The notes: a model not told the origin generated them from the sequence alone. DNA of 64,000 bases from Ilumatobacteraceae bacterium (GCA_963746285.1 CAVVAO010000020.1:9476-73475), one strand, 5' to 3'; positions 52,276 through 63,127 are shown, numbered from the stretch's first letter. Numbers and translations: made by a program.

Positions 52276-54114
52276 ATGACTGCAGCGATGTGGGCAGCCA
52301 CCGAATCGACGCTCGGGCCGACGCTCGCACTCATTCTGGGAGCAGGAATGCTCGCTCAATGGATCGCGTGGCGCATCCAGGTGCCGTCGATCATCGCGCT
52401 GCTCGTTGCGGGGCTCCTGCTCGGGCCGGTCACCGGCGTCGTCGAGCCGGATGAACTGCTCGGTGGAACCCTGTTCCCGCTGGTGTCGTTGGCGGTCGCA
52501 CTGATCCTGTTCGAGGGCGGCCTCGACCTGCCACCACGCGAGTTGCGCAACACCGGCACCGTCGTACGTCGGCTGATCACCGTCGGCGCGGTCGTGACGT
52601 TCCTCGTCGCCTGGTACTCGGCTCGCGAGGTGTTCGACATCTCGAATCAGGCGGCCATCCTGCTCGGCGCCGTCCTCGTCGTCACGGGCCCCACCGTGGT
52701 GGGGCCGCTGCTGCGGTTCGTGAGACCGGCCGGTCCGACCGGACCCATCCTGCGAGCCGAAGGCGTCCTGATCGACCCGATCGGAGCGACGGCGGCGCTG
52801 ATCGCGTTCGAGATCGTCATCACGGACGCGCCTGACGAAGCGGTCGCGAGCGTCGTCGGCGTGGTGCTGTTGACGATCGTGGCCGGCGCGGGCATCGGTC
52901 TGGCCGCCGCCATCACGCTCGACACAGCGCTGCGACGATTCCTCATCCCCGACCAACTCACGGTGCCGACCACGTTTGCATTCGTCGTCGCCGCGTTCGT
53001 CGCCACCAACGAGATCCAGGAGGAGGCGGGACTGCTCGCCGTGACGGTGATGGGCATGTACCTCGCGCGGCGCGAGAGCTCGACGATCCGCCAGGTCCTC
53101 GAGTTCAACGAGAGCCTTCGCACGCTGCTGATCTCGTTCCTCTTCATCCTGCTCGCCTCGAGGATCGAACCCGATGCCCTGCGAGACGTCGCCCTGCCCT
53201 CGCTCGCGTTCCTCGCCGTGTTGGTCCTCATCGCGCGACCGCTCTCGGTCGTGTTCTCCACGGTGCGAACCTCGCTCAGTTGGCGCGAGCGGGTCTTCCT
53301 GATGACGATGGCACCGCGCGGCATCGTCGCCGCTGCCGTGTCCGCGATCTTCGCGATCCGCCTCGAAGAGGAGCGCATCCCCGACGCCGCGAAGATCGTC
53401 CCGATCGTGTTCCTCGTCATCATCGGCACGATCGTCGTCTACGGCTTTCTCGCCGGCCCCGCGGCACGGGCGCTCGGACTCGCCGAGGCGCAGGCCGACG
53501 GCGTGCTCATCGCCGGGTCCCACGCCGTCGCCCGTGGCCTCGCCACCGAACTGGACAAGCGCAACGTCAAGACGCTGCTCGTCGACACCGACCCGTACAA
53601 CGTCACCCGCGCGATCGCAGGCGGCCTCCGGGCCCGGCGGATGAGCGTGCTCGCCGAGAATGCCAACCACGACCTCGATCTGCGCGGCATCGGTCGGCTG
53701 CTCGCGTTCACGTCGAACGACGAGGTGAACGCGTTGGCAACCGCCCGCTTCGCTCGAATCTTCGGCCGGCGCGAAGTGTTCCAGCTCGCGCCGAGCGCTC
53801 GTCGAAGCGGCGACCCGTCGGTCCCCGCCGAACACCTCGGACGACTCGTCGGCATCGAGGGCATCACGTACGCGACGCTCGACGAACGCTCACGCCAGGG
53901 ATGGCGCGTTCGCACCGCCAACGGTGGAGAGGCGATCCAGCAGGCCGTGGACGAGCACCTCTTCCTCCCGGTGGTACGCATCGTCGAGGACAAGATGGCG
54001 TTCCTGTGCCACAACGATCCCGTTCCGACCGAAGGTGAGGTCATCGGCCTCGCCGCCCCGTCCCTCCAAAAGCAACTCGATGAGGAAACCTCGATCGGCC
54101 AAGACGCCGTCTGA
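52276..54114 (+). CDS. CPA1-type cation:proton antiporter with C-terminal RCK/TrkA-like domain
   Basis: The ATG at 52276 is in frame with ORF 52174..54114. It has about 12 TM segments (..LFEGGLDL.. motif) followed by a soluble Rossmann-like region (GVLIAGSHAVARGLA..). Confidence 0.85.
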   Translation: MTAAMWAATESTLGPTLALILGAGMLAQWIAWRIQVPSIIALLVAGLLLGPVTGVVEPDELLGGTLFPLVSLAVALILFEGGLDLPPRELRNTGTVVRRLITVGAVVTFLVAWYSAREVFDISNQAAILLGAVLVVTGPTVVGPLLRFVRPAGPTGPILRAEGVLIDPIGATAALIAFEIVITDAPDEAVASVVGVVLLTIVAGAGIGLAAAITLDTALRRFLIPDQLTVPTTFAFVVAAFVATNEIQEEAGLLAVTVMGMYLARRESSTIRQVLEFNESLRTLLISFLFILLASRIEPDALRDVALPSLAFLAVLVLIARPLSVVFSTVRTSLSWRERVFLMTMAPRGIVAAAVSAIFAIRLEEERIPDAAKIVPIVFLVIIGTIVVYGFLAGPAARALGLAEAQADGVLIAGSHAVARGLATELDKRNVKTLLVDTDPYNVTRAIAGGLRARRMSVLAENANHDLDLRGIGRLLAFTSNDEVNALATARFARIFGRREVFQLAPSARRSGDPSVPAEHLGRLVGIEGITYATLDERSRQGWRVRTANGGEAIQQAVDEHLFLPVVRIVEDKMAFLCHNDPVPTEGEVIGLAAPSLQKQLDEETSIGQDAV

Positions 54115-54153
54115 CACCGTCTGGCACCCGTCTGGCACCCGTCGCGTCGTTCG

Positions 54154-54246
54154 CCTGCGGCACCGGGGTCAGACCTCGGTCTGAGCCGTCGCGCCGTGCC
54201 TGCGGCACCGGGGTCAGACCTCGGTCTGACCCCTGGCGTGCAGCGA
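54154..54246. repeat. Repeat family 2, copies c and d: tandem 32-mers gcctgcggcaccGGGGTCAGACCtcGGTCTGA
   Basis: Copies lie at 54154-54185 and 54199-54230. The second completes an 11-bp-arm palindrome (54211-54234). Short direct repeats cacc(c)gtctgg lie at 54115-54140. Confidence 0.8.
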
Positions 54247-54292
54247 TCGCGTCAGATCAAGCAACCCGAAGGCCCCGAACTGCAGCGCCGCC

Positions 54293-55732
54293 TCAGTGCT
54301 TGATCATGACGTGCTTGACCTCGGTGTACGCCTCGACGGCATACATCGACATGTCCTTGCCGTAGCCCGACTGCTTGAAGCCGCCGTGGGGCATCTCGGA
54401 GATGATCGGGATGTGGTCGTTCACCCACACCGCACCGAACTGCAATGCCTTGCTCATCCGCATCGCCCGGCCGACATCGCTCGTCCAGACGCTCGCTGCG
54501 AGGCCGTAGTCGACGTCGTTGGCCATCGCGAGCGCGGCGTCCTCGTCGGCGGCCGACTGCACCGTCACGACCGGGCCGAACACCTCGCGCTGCACGATCT
54601 CGGACGACTGGCCGGGTCCGACCACGACGGTCGGCTCGTAGAAGAATCCAGGACCCGAGCGCGTCGATCCACCGACGGTGACCTCGGCGCCCGCCTCGCG
54701 TGCCCGATCGACATAGCCAGCGACCCGGCTGCGATGCACGTCGGAGATCACGGGTCCCATCTCGGTGTCGGCCGACATCGGGTCGCCGACGTTGACGGTG
54801 CCGACCGCGTCGGTGAGTTGGTTGACGAAGTCGTCGTGGACCTTCGAACCGGCGATGACCCGGCACGGCGCGGTGCAGTCCTGTCCGGAGTTGTAGAAGG
54901 CCATGCCCTTGAGCATCTCGACGGCCGCTTCGACGTCGGCATCGTCGAAGATGATGACCGGCGCCTTACCGCCCAGTTCGAGGTGGACCCGCTTGAGCGT
55001 GTCGGCCGACGACCGAGCAACGGCCTTGCCCGCGCCGACGCTTCCGGTGATCGAGATCATCGCGACGCCGGGATGCTCGCTCAGCGCAGCGCCGGCGACG
55101 TGTCCCTGACCGCATACGACGTTGAACACGCCCGGCGGCAGCACGTCGGCGGTCAGTTCGGCCAAGCGCAGAACCGAGTAGGGGGTGAGCTCGGAGGGCT
55201 TGAGGACCACGGTGTTGCCGGCAGCGAGCGCCGGGCCGAGCTTCCACGTGGCCATGTTCAGCGGGTAGTTCCACGGCGTGATGGAGGCGACCACGCCGAG
55301 CGGATCGCGGCGAACCATCGAGGTGTAGCCGGCCATGTATTCGCCCGCCGCCTTGCCCTCGAGGAACCGGCAGGCCGAGGCGAAGAAGCGCCAGTTGTCC
55401 TTGGTGAGGTCCATCTCGAACTCGACGATGCCGACGGGCTTGCCGACGTTCTCGCACTCGATGTTCGACAGCTCGTCGATGTTGGCGTCGATGATGTCGG
55501 CAACACGATGCAGCGTCTCGCTGCGCTCGCGAGGAGTCAGCGCCGACCACGCCGGGAACGCCTGGGACGCCGCGGCGACCGCGGCGTCGACGTCGGCGGC
55601 ACCAGAGGCGGGCACGTTGCCGATCACCTCGCCGGTCGCCGGGTTCACCACCGCGTCGGTGGCACCGTCGGCGGCGGGGCGCCAGTCGCCGCCGATGAAG
55701 TTCGAATCGAGTGAGGACAGCGTCGTTGCCAT
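54293..55732 (-). CDS. Aldehyde dehydrogenase family protein (aminobutyraldehyde dehydrogenase-like)
   Basis: 479 aa from the ATG at 55732, with ..[11 protein letters not shown].., catalytic ELGGKAP and ..[11 protein letters not shown]... Confidence 0.9.
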   Translation of the reverse strand: MATTLSSLDSNFIGGDWRPAADGATDAVVNPATGEVIGNVPASGAADVDAAVAAASQAFPAWSALTPRERSETLHRVADIIDANIDELSNIECENVGKPVGIVEFEMDLTKDNWRFFASACRFLEGKAAGEYMAGYTSMVRRDPLGVVASITPWNYPLNMATWKLGPALAAGNTVVLKPSELTPYSVLRLAELTADVLPPGVFNVVCGQGHVAGAALSEHPGVAMISITGSVGAGKAVARSSADTLKRVHLELGGKAPVIIFDDADVEAAVEMLKGMAFYNSGQDCTAPCRVIAGSKVHDDFVNQLTDAVGTVNVGDPMSADTEMGPVISDVHRSRVAGYVDRAREAGAEVTVGGSTRSGPGFFYEPTVVVGPGQSSEIVQREVFGPVVTVQSAADEDAALAMANDVDYGLAASVWTSDVGRAMRMSKALQFGAVWVNDHIPIISEMPHGGFKQSGYGKDMSMYAVEAYTEVKHVMIKH

Positions 55733-55955
55733 GTGCACAGAATGCCACGTACGCGACTCGATCCAGGCCAGCGGCGAGGGTCCGCTCGGGCTGCCGCAGC
55801 GTGGTTCGATCGTCGACGTCGCTGGTCGCCGTCGATTGTTGCCGGCGCGTGAACGTCTCCGACGGCGTTGTCTTCGCGGTCGGGTCCGAAATGTAGTGTG
55901 GCGCACACATGAACAACAGGTGTCGTGCCGGCCGTCGGCGTGGGGAGGAGACCAG

Positions 55956-57098
55956 GTGACCGAGACCGTCATCCAACTCGACCACGTCCGCAAATCGTTC
56001 GGCGACTTCGTCGCGGTCGAACACGCCGACTTCGGAATCCGTCAAGGCGAATTCTTCGCCATGCTCGGCCCCTCGGGTTGCGGTAAGACCACGACGCTCA
56101 AGATGATCGCCGGGTTCGAACAGCCGACGTCGGGCAAGGTGCTGCTGAACGGTTCCGACGTGAGCCGGGTCCCGCCGTACAAGCGCAACGTGAACACCGT
56201 GTTCCAGCAGTACGCGCTGTTCCCCCACATGACCGTGGCCGACAACGTGCGGTTCGGACCGCGGTCGAAGAAGGTGCCCAAGAACGAGTACGAGCCGAAT
56301 GTGGCGCAGATGCTCGAGGTCGTCCGCCTCGGCGAGTTCGCCGACCGACGGCCGTCGCAGCTGTCGGGTGGCCAGCAGCAACGCGTCGCCCTCGCCCGAG
56401 CGCTCGTGAACTTCCCGAGCGCGCTCCTGCTCGACGAACCGCTCGCCGCCCTCGACCTCAAGCTGCGCGAGGCGATGCAGTTCGAACTCAAGCGCATCCA
56501 GCGCGAGGTGGGCATCACCTTCGTGTTCGTCACCCACGACCAGGGTGAGGCGCTCACGATGAGCGACCGGATCGCCGTGATGAGCGAGGGGCGCGTCGAG
56601 CAGATCGGCACGCCCGAGGAGATCTACAACAGCCCGGCGTCACTCTTCGTCGCAGGATTCATCGGCTCGGCCAACCTGCTGCCCGGCGACGTCGTGAGCA
56701 CCGACGGCGACGACACGGTGGTCGCGCTCACCGCCGGCCACACCGTCCGGGCTCGCACCGACGTCGAACGCCCCGCCGGCACGCCGGTGTCGGTGATGCT
56801 GCGTCCCGAACGTCTGACCGCATCGACAACTCCTCGCGACGACGGCCGCTCGATCGAGGGCACCGTGGCCGACGTCGTCTTCCAAGGAGCGACGGCGCGC
56901 GTCGTCGTGCACCTCAGCGACGACAGCGAAGTCATCGCCAGCGTGGTCACCGGAACAGATCTTCCGTTCCTCATGCCCGGCAGCACGGTGCACCTCACGT
57001 GGACGCCGGGCAGTGCATTCCTGCTGTCGGGTTGGCCGCGTCGGCCGGGTGCGACCGCGAGCGACATCGACACCCTCGAAGCACTCGCCGACGCCTGA
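55956..57098 (+). CDS. potA: Spermidine/putrescine-type ABC transporter ATP-binding protein
   Basis: GTG start after ggggaggag. Walker [10 protein letters not shown], signature [15 protein letters not shown], Walker B LLLDEPL, and a TOBE-like C-terminus. Confidence 0.9.
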   Translation: MTETVIQLDHVRKSFGDFVAVEHADFGIRQGEFFAMLGPSGCGKTTTLKMIAGFEQPTSGKVLLNGSDVSRVPPYKRNVNTVFQQYALFPHMTVADNVRFGPRSKKVPKNEYEPNVAQMLEVVRLGEFADRRPSQLSGGQQQRVALARALVNFPSALLLDEPLAALDLKLREAMQFELKRIQREVGITFVFVTHDQGEALTMSDRIAVMSEGRVEQIGTPEEIYNSPASLFVAGFIGSANLLPGDVVSTDGDDTVVALTAGHTVRARTDVERPAGTPVSVMLRPERLTASTTPRDDGRSIEGTVADVVFQGATARVVVHLSDDSEVIASVVTGTDLPFLMPGSTVHLTWTPGSAFLLSGWPRRPGATASDIDTLEALADA

Positions 57099-57180
57099 CC
57101 CGAGCCATGGGCCGACTCCGACCAAGATCTCACCGAGCACCAGTAATCGAAACGACTGACACCAGAGAGAGAAAGACATC

Positions 57181-58404
57181 ATGACCACGCCACGCTCCAA
57201 CCCGTTCCGCTCACCGTTCGGCCGCTCCGGCCTGACGCGGCGCCAGCTCCTCGCCCGCGCCGGCGCGCTCGGCGCCGCCGGCGTGTCCTTGCCGGCGATC
57301 CTCGCCGCCTGCGGCAGCGACAGCGACTCGGGCTCAGCGGGCTCGACGCCGGCCACGTCGGGAAGCACGGCCGGTGGAGGAGGCGGCGGCAGCCTCTTCT
57401 TCGAGAACTGGCCGTCGTACATCGACCCGACCGAGGACGGGCTCACCGGTACGGTCGACCGCTTCATCGAGGCGACGGGCATCGACATGCGCTACACCGA
57501 GGCCTTCAACGACAACAACGAGTACTTCGCCAAGATCCAGCCACTGCTCGCCCGCGGCGAGCCGATCGATCCGGACATCATCGCCCCGACGAGTTGGCTG
57601 GCCAACCGCCTGATCACGCTCGGCTGGCTCGAGAAGCTGCCCATCGACCAGGTCCCCAACGCCGCCAACCTGCGCGCCGACCTGCAGAACCCGTCGTGGG
57701 ACTCGACCGGCGAGTACAGCCTGCCGTGGCAGACCGGCTTCGCTGGCATCGCCTACAACCTCGACGCAACCGGCCGCGAGATCACCAGCGTCGATGACCT
57801 GTTCGACCCCGAGTTCGCCGGCAAGGTCGGGGCCCTCACCGAGATCCGCGACACGATCGGCGTCATCGCCATGAGCCTCGGCATCGACATCTCGACGCTC
57901 GAGACCTTCGACGACGCAGCTCCCGCCTTCGACAAGCTCCAGGAAGCCAAGGATTCCGGCCAGATCCGCCGGTTCCACGGCAACGACTACTTCGACGACC
58001 TGTCGAACGGAAACCTGGCGATCACGATCGGCTGGTCCGGCGACGTCGCCGCGATCGCCCGCGACAACCCGGCGGTCAAGTTCGTGTTCCCGGAGAGTGG
58101 CGCCACTTCTTGGGCCGACACGATGGTCATCCCGAAGGGCTCGCAGAACATCGACGCAGCCGCCCAGTGGATGAACTTCGTCTACGACCCGGTGCAGGCC
58201 GCCCAGATCACGACGTGGGTCGGGTACGTCTCGCCAGTGGCCGGTGTGCGCGAGGAGGTCGAGAAGCTCGACGCCGACCTCGCGAACGACCCGCTCGTGT
58301 TCCCCGACGACGCCACGCTCGCCAACACCAAGGGCTTCGCTTCATTGAGCGAAGCGGCCGAGATCGAGTACGACGCCGCATTCTCGGCGATCATCGGAGC
58401 CTGA
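57181..58404 (+). CDS. potD: Polyamine ABC transporter substrate-binding lipoprotein (Tat-type signal)
   Basis: RRQLLARAG..AILAACGSD lipobox, and a PotD/PotF-like body (..NWPSYID.., ..GWSGD..). Confidence 0.85.
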   Translation: MTTPRSNPFRSPFGRSGLTRRQLLARAGALGAAGVSLPAILAACGSDSDSGSAGSTPATSGSTAGGGGGGSLFFENWPSYIDPTEDGLTGTVDRFIEATGIDMRYTEAFNDNNEYFAKIQPLLARGEPIDPDIIAPTSWLANRLITLGWLEKLPIDQVPNAANLRADLQNPSWDSTGEYSLPWQTGFAGIAYNLDATGREITSVDDLFDPEFAGKVGALTEIRDTIGVIAMSLGIDISTLETFDDAAPAFDKLQEAKDSGQIRRFHGNDYFDDLSNGNLAITIGWSGDVAAIARDNPAVKFVFPESGATSWADTMVIPKGSQNIDAAAQWMNFVYDPVQAAQITTWVGYVSPVAGVREEVEKLDADLANDPLVFPDDATLANTKGFASLSEAAEIEYDAAFSAIIGA

Positions 58405-58457
58405 GAGTTCACCTCGCGTGACCACCGTCGTCGACGACGTCGGCACCGCACGTCGCG

Positions 58458-59500
58458 GTGTCAAGCGCCCCGAGCTCATCGGGCTCGGGCGCGCTCGTCG
58501 GCGCCGGCGCGCTCCTCGCTGCGATCGGCACGCGACTGATCACCGGGCCGATCGCGATCCTGGCGCTGTCGCTGGTGCTGGCCAGCGTGCTGATGCTGAT
58601 CGTCGTCGCGGTCACCGGCACACCGGAGACCAGGCGCAAGATCGCGCCGTACGGGCTGCTCAAGCCCGGCATGCTCTGGTTGGCGCTGTTCTATCTGGCG
58701 CCGCTGTTCACCCTGCTGCGGCTGTCGTTGTCGACGCTGCCGAGCCGGTTCGCCGTCGAGGCCGAGTTCGACTGGAACTTCGACAACTACGTCACCGCGT
58801 TCACCGACTTCGGGCCGCAGTTCCAGCGAGCGTTCGTCTACGCCGGCATCGCCACCGTGCTCACGATCGTGATCGGCTACCCGCTCGCCTACGTGATCGC
58901 CTTCCGCGGCGGCAAGTACCGAACGCTGCTGCTCGGGCTCGTGGTCATCCCGTTCTTCACGTCGTACCTGATCCGCACCATCGCGTGGCGGAGCCTGCTG
59001 TCCGACAACGGGCTTCGCGACCGGCTTCATCGACGCGGTCGGTCTCACCTGGTTCTTCGAGGCCGCGAACATCATGGACAACGGCCGGTTGATCAACACG
59101 CCGGCCGCCGTGATCTTCGGGCTCACCTACAACTTCCTGCCGTTCATGATCCTGCCGATCTACGTGAGCCTGGAGAAGATCGACGTCCGGCTGCGTCGAC
59201 GCGGCGAAGGACCTGTACTCGACCTCGACGTCGGCGTTCGCGAAGATCATCGTGCCGTTGTCGGTGCCGGGGATCTTCGCCGGCACGCTGCTGACGTTCA
59301 TCCCCGCCGCCGGCGACTTCGTCAACTCGCTCTACCTCGGCAGTCCGAACACCACGATGATCGGCAACTCGATCCAGGACCAGTTCCTCGTGCAGAACAA
59401 CGTGCCGCTGGCGTCGGCGATGTCGTTCGTGCTGATGTTCATCATCACGGTGTTCGTGATCATCTACAGCCGGTTCTTCGGGACCGAGGACCTGGCGTGA
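58458..59500 (+). pseudogene. potB: Polyamine ABC transporter permease (PotB-like), two apparent frameshifts (about 59011 and 59195)
   Basis: Fragments lie in ORFs 58458.., 59074.. and 59252... The first junction reads aacGGGctt where aacggcttc restores ..SDNGFATGFIDAVGLTWFF... It carries an EAA-type loop (..DAAKDLY..). Confidence 0.8.
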
Positions 59501-59510
59501 GGACCGCCGA

Positions 59511-60328
59511 ATGAGCGCGCCGACGCTCCACGGCGGGCCGCATCGCCCGGTTTGCGTTGAACGCCTATGCAGGCCTCGCCCTGCTGTACCTGTTCGTGCC
59601 GATCATCTGGATCGTCGTGTTCTCGTTCAACCAAGCCCAAGGGCAACTACAACGTCGAGTGGCAGGAGTTCACGCTCGACAACTGGGCGGACCCGTTCGC
59701 CGACGAGGCACTGACGAACGCCTTCGTCGAGAGCCTGAGGATCGCGGCGATCTCGACGCTGATCGCCACCGTGCTCGGCTCGATGATCGCGATCGCGCTG
59801 GCCCGCTACCGCTTCCGCGGCAGCGGGCCGCTCAACTTCTTCCTCGTGCTGCCGCTCACCACTCCCGAGATCGTGCTCGGCTCGTCGCTCGCCACGCTGT
59901 TCCTCGACTGGGACATCACGAGAGGCTTCACCACGGTGGTGATCGCCCACGTGATGTTCCAGGTGAGCTTCGTTGCGCTCACCGTGCGCGCCCGCGTACG
60001 CGGGTTCGACTGGACGCTCGAACAGGCGGCGCAGGATCTCGGTGCGTCACCGATCCGCACGTTCTGGAAGGTGACGTTCCCGTTGATCCTGCCGGGGATT
60101 CTCGCCGCAGCGCTCCTGTCGTTCGCGCTGTCGCTCGACGACTTCATCATCACGCTGTTCAACGCGGGGTCGTTGGTGACCTTCCCGCTGTACATCAACG
60201 GTAGTTTCCGGGTGAAGTTCCCGCCGGAGGTCAACGTGCTGGCCTCGGTGATCCTGCTGGTCAGCGTCGCGCTGATGCTGAGCGGAACGATCTGGGGTGC
60301 CCGCGGGCGCCGCAAGTCTGCGACGTGA
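59511..60328 (+). pseudogene. potC: Polyamine ABC transporter permease (PotC-like), about two apparent frameshifts (about 59530 and 59635)
   Basis: The ATG at 59511 opens one frame. ..RFALNAYAGLALLYLFVPIIWIVVFSFN lies in the frame of ORF 59557.., and the rest (..WQEFTLDNW..EQAAQDLGASP..) lies in ORF 59567..60328. Confidence 0.8.
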
Positions 60329-60717
60329 CCGAGACCGAGATTCGGCACGTCTTCGTGTACGGCACGCTTCGGCCCGGCGACGTTCGTTGGCACTTCCTCG
60401 AACCCTTCGTCGTCGACGGCGGTTGGAGCGACAGCGTGGGCGGGCGACTGTTCGACACCGGACTCGACTATCCCGCCGCGCTGTTCGGCGCTGACGGCAC
60501 GATCCACGGCCACACCTTCGCCCTGCTGGAAGCGTCGATGCACCGCGCCCTCGAGGTGCTCGACGACGTCGAGGGCGTCGTCGACGGCGAGTACGCACGG
60601 CAGATCGTACGCACCGGCCGCGGCGTCGACGCCTGGGCCTACGCGGGTGGCGCCGACCTCGCCCTCATCGCGATCCCCTCCGGCGACTGGTTCCAGCACC
60701 GCCCACCCTCCCCCTGA
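60325..60717 (+). CDS. Gamma-glutamylcyclotransferase (AIG2/GGCT-like) family protein
   Basis: 130 aa with VFVYGTLRPG.. and ..YPA...G.I.G.... Its start overlaps the potC stop. Confidence 0.75.
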   Translation: MTETEIRHVFVYGTLRPGDVRWHFLEPFVVDGGWSDSVGGRLFDTGLDYPAALFGADGTIHGHTFALLEASMHRALEVLDDVEGVVDGEYARQIVRTGRGVDAWAYAGGADLALIAIPSGDWFQHRPPSP

Positions 60718-60718
60718 T

Positions 60719-60756
60719 CCTGTCCTTCCGGACCCGACCCGAAAAGACAGGGTTGC
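60719..60756. repeat. Repeat family 3, copy b
   Basis: Identical 38-mer to 26611-26648. It begins 2 nt after the GGCT stop and lies upstream of dinB. Confidence 0.75.
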
Positions 60757-60773
60757 CTCACTGTTGCCCAGAT

Positions 60774-60789
60774 GCGAACATGTGTTCGA
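60774..60789. promoter_or_regulatory. LexA (SOS) box candidate GCGAAC-ATGT-GTTCGA overlapping the dinB start region
   Basis: It matches the actinobacterial consensus TCGAAC-N4-GTTCGA at all conserved positions except the first. It sits on the candidate dinB ATGs at 60780 and 60789. Confidence 0.55.
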
Positions 60790-61991
60790 TGTCGGTGTCA
60801 ACGCGAACGGAGGCGACGATCCTGCACGCTGATCTCGACTCGTTCTATGCATCGGTCGAACAGCGCGATGATCCGGCGCTCCGGGGCAAGCCGATCGTGG
60901 TCGGCGGTGGAGTGGTGCTCGCCGCCAGTTACGAGGCCAAGGCATTCGGCGTGCGCACGGCGATGTCCGGGTCGGCCGCACGACGGGCCTGCCCGAACGT
61001 CATCGAGATCCCACCCCGTTTCGACGCCTACACCGAGGCGAGCCGACGGGTGTTCGACATCTTCCGCGACACCTCACCGATTGTCGAACCGATGTCGATC
61101 GACGAGGCGTTCATCGACGTCGCGGGCCTGTGGCGGATCGCCGGAACACCGACCGAGATCGCCACCGGGCTACGTGGCCGTGTCGCCGACGAGGTCGGAC
61201 TACCGATCAGTATCGGCGTCGCGCGCACCAAGTTCCTGGCCAAGGTCGCGAGCGCCGTCGCCAAGCCCGACGGGCTGTTGGTCGTGGAACCGGCCGGCGA
61301 GCTCGACTTCCTCCATCCACTTCCCGTCCAGCGCTTGTGGGGCGTTGGCGCAGTGACCGCCGCGAAGCTGCACGATCGGGGCATCCACACCGTCGCCGAG
61401 GTCGCAGCGATGTCTCCGGACGCGCTCGTGGCGATCGTCGGACGGGCGATGGGTCACCAGCTCCATGCGCTGGCGCACAATCGCGACGCTCGTCGGGTCA
61501 CCACCGGTCGACGCCGAGGATCGATCGGATCTCAACAGGCGTTGGGTCGACGACGACGCTCGCGCGACGAGATCGACGTGATCCTGTGGCGCCTGGTCGA
61601 TCGCGTCACCGGCCGGATGCGCCGGGCCGACCGAGTCGGCCGAACGATCACGCTCCGGCTTCGGTTCGACGATCTCACCCGCGCCACGCGATCACACTCG
61701 CTCCCCGATGCGACGTCGGCGACGGCGGTGGTCCATGCCGCTGCCTCGGCGGTCCTCGACGCAGCGTGGCCGCTCGTCGAGGAACGCGGCATCAGCCTGC
61801 TGGGACTGTCGGTCGGCAATCTCGCCGATCACGACGCCGTCCAACTCGTCCTGCCATTCGAGCGCTGTGACGAGGAACGCCTCGACACCGTCGTCGACGC
61901 CGTCCGCGAGCGGTTCGGTCGCACCGCGCTGCAGCGAGCAACGACGATGCGCGGCGATCCCGGGATCCAGCTCCCGATGCTCCCCGACTGA
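60780..61991 (+). CDS. dinB: DNA polymerase IV (Y-family)
   Basis: ..ILHADLDSFYASVEQRDDP.L.GKPIVVGG.., ..SIDEAFIDV.., ..GVARTKFLAKVAS... The start could be 60780, 60789 or 60795 in the frame of ORF 60753..61991. Confidence 0.9.
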   Translation: MCSMSVSTRTEATILHADLDSFYASVEQRDDPALRGKPIVVGGGVVLAASYEAKAFGVRTAMSGSAARRACPNVIEIPPRFDAYTEASRRVFDIFRDTSPIVEPMSIDEAFIDVAGLWRIAGTPTEIATGLRGRVADEVGLPISIGVARTKFLAKVASAVAKPDGLLVVEPAGELDFLHPLPVQRLWGVGAVTAAKLHDRGIHTVAEVAAMSPDALVAIVGRAMGHQLHALAHNRDARRVTTGRRRGSIGSQQALGRRRRSRDEIDVILWRLVDRVTGRMRRADRVGRTITLRLRFDDLTRATRSHSLPDATSATAVVHAAASAVLDAAWPLVEERGISLLGLSVGNLADHDAVQLVLPFERCDEERLDTVVDAVRERFGRTALQRATTMRGDPGIQLPMLPD

Positions 61992-62233
61992 CAGCTCACC
62001 GGTTGCAGGGTTCATCAGCGGATCGGGACGACTCCGCCGGTGCGATGGCGCCATTTGCCGGCAGCCGTCGGAGTTCGTGTCAGCACCGATCGCCGCGTTG
62101 GACGTAGGCGCTGACACAAACGCAGATCAACCCAGGACCCAAGCCGTCGGCGACGACTCCGCTGAGGCCCTCAGGTGCCGGCGTCGCCAGCCGGACTGAC
62201 GGTTGCCCGACGAGCGCGCGTACATTCGACTTC

Positions 62234-63127
62234 ATGAGCGCACGAGATCGACTGACCGGCCCCTCCAACCTCGGCGTGTGGTACTTCACCGACGCGATGA
62301 CCGCAGGGCAGGCCGCCGAGACGGCCGGCCGGATCGAGTCGCTCGGGTACTCGACGCTGTGGGTGCCCGACACGGTCGGTCGCGATCCGTTCGCCCACCT
62401 TGCCTGGCTCGGATCGCAGACATCCACGCTGCAGTTCGCCACCGGGATCGCCAGCATCTTCTCCCGTCATCCGGGCCCGATGATGCAGGCCGCGAACACA
62501 CTCGCCGAGCAGACCGATGGGCGGTTCGTGCTCGGGCTCGGTGTCAGCCACGAGCCGATGGTCGCCGGACTTCGTAAGCTCGACTACTCCAAGCCGCTCA
62601 CCCAGATGCGCGCCTATCTCGAGGCGATGGATGCCTCGCCGTACATGGCGGTGCCACCGGCGGAGAAGCCGCTCCGACTCCTCGCTGCGCTCGGCCCGAA
62701 GATGCTCGAACTGTCGGCGACCGCGGCCGACGGTGCGCACCCGTACTTCGTGACGCCCGAGCACACCGCCGAGGCACGTGCGGCGATCGGTCCCGACAAG
62801 CTGCTGTGCGTCGAGCAGAAGGTGATCCTGTCGACCGATGCCGACGCAGCTCGCGCTGCCGCCAACGTTCAGATCGACCGCTACGCCGGCCTGCCGAACT
62901 ATCGGAACAACTGGAAGCGCATCGGGTTCACCGAGGACGAGATCGAGCAGCGCGACCACCGCTTCGTCGACCACGTGATCGTCTGGGGCGACGAGGACCG
63001 CGTCCGCGCCGGTATCCAGGCTCACTACGACGCCGGCGCCGACCACGTCTGCATCCAGCCGGTCTCCACCGAGGGTCCGGTCACCCTCGACTGGAACGTG
63101 CTCGAAGCCCTCGCCCCGAACGCCTGA
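62234..63127 (+). CDS. LLM-class F420-dependent oxidoreductase
   Basis: 297 aa with ..LGYSTLWVPD..GRDPF.., ..FVLGLGVSH.. and ..GADHVCIQ... Confidence 0.85.
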   Translation: MSARDRLTGPSNLGVWYFTDAMTAGQAAETAGRIESLGYSTLWVPDTVGRDPFAHLAWLGSQTSTLQFATGIASIFSRHPGPMMQAANTLAEQTDGRFVLGLGVSHEPMVAGLRKLDYSKPLTQMRAYLEAMDASPYMAVPPAEKPLRLLAALGPKMLELSATAADGAHPYFVTPEHTAEARAAIGPDKLLCVEQKVILSTDADAARAAANVQIDRYAGLPNYRNNWKRIGFTEDEIEQRDHRFVDHVIVWGDEDRVRAGIQAHYDAGADHVCIQPVSTEGPVTLDWNVLEALAPNA

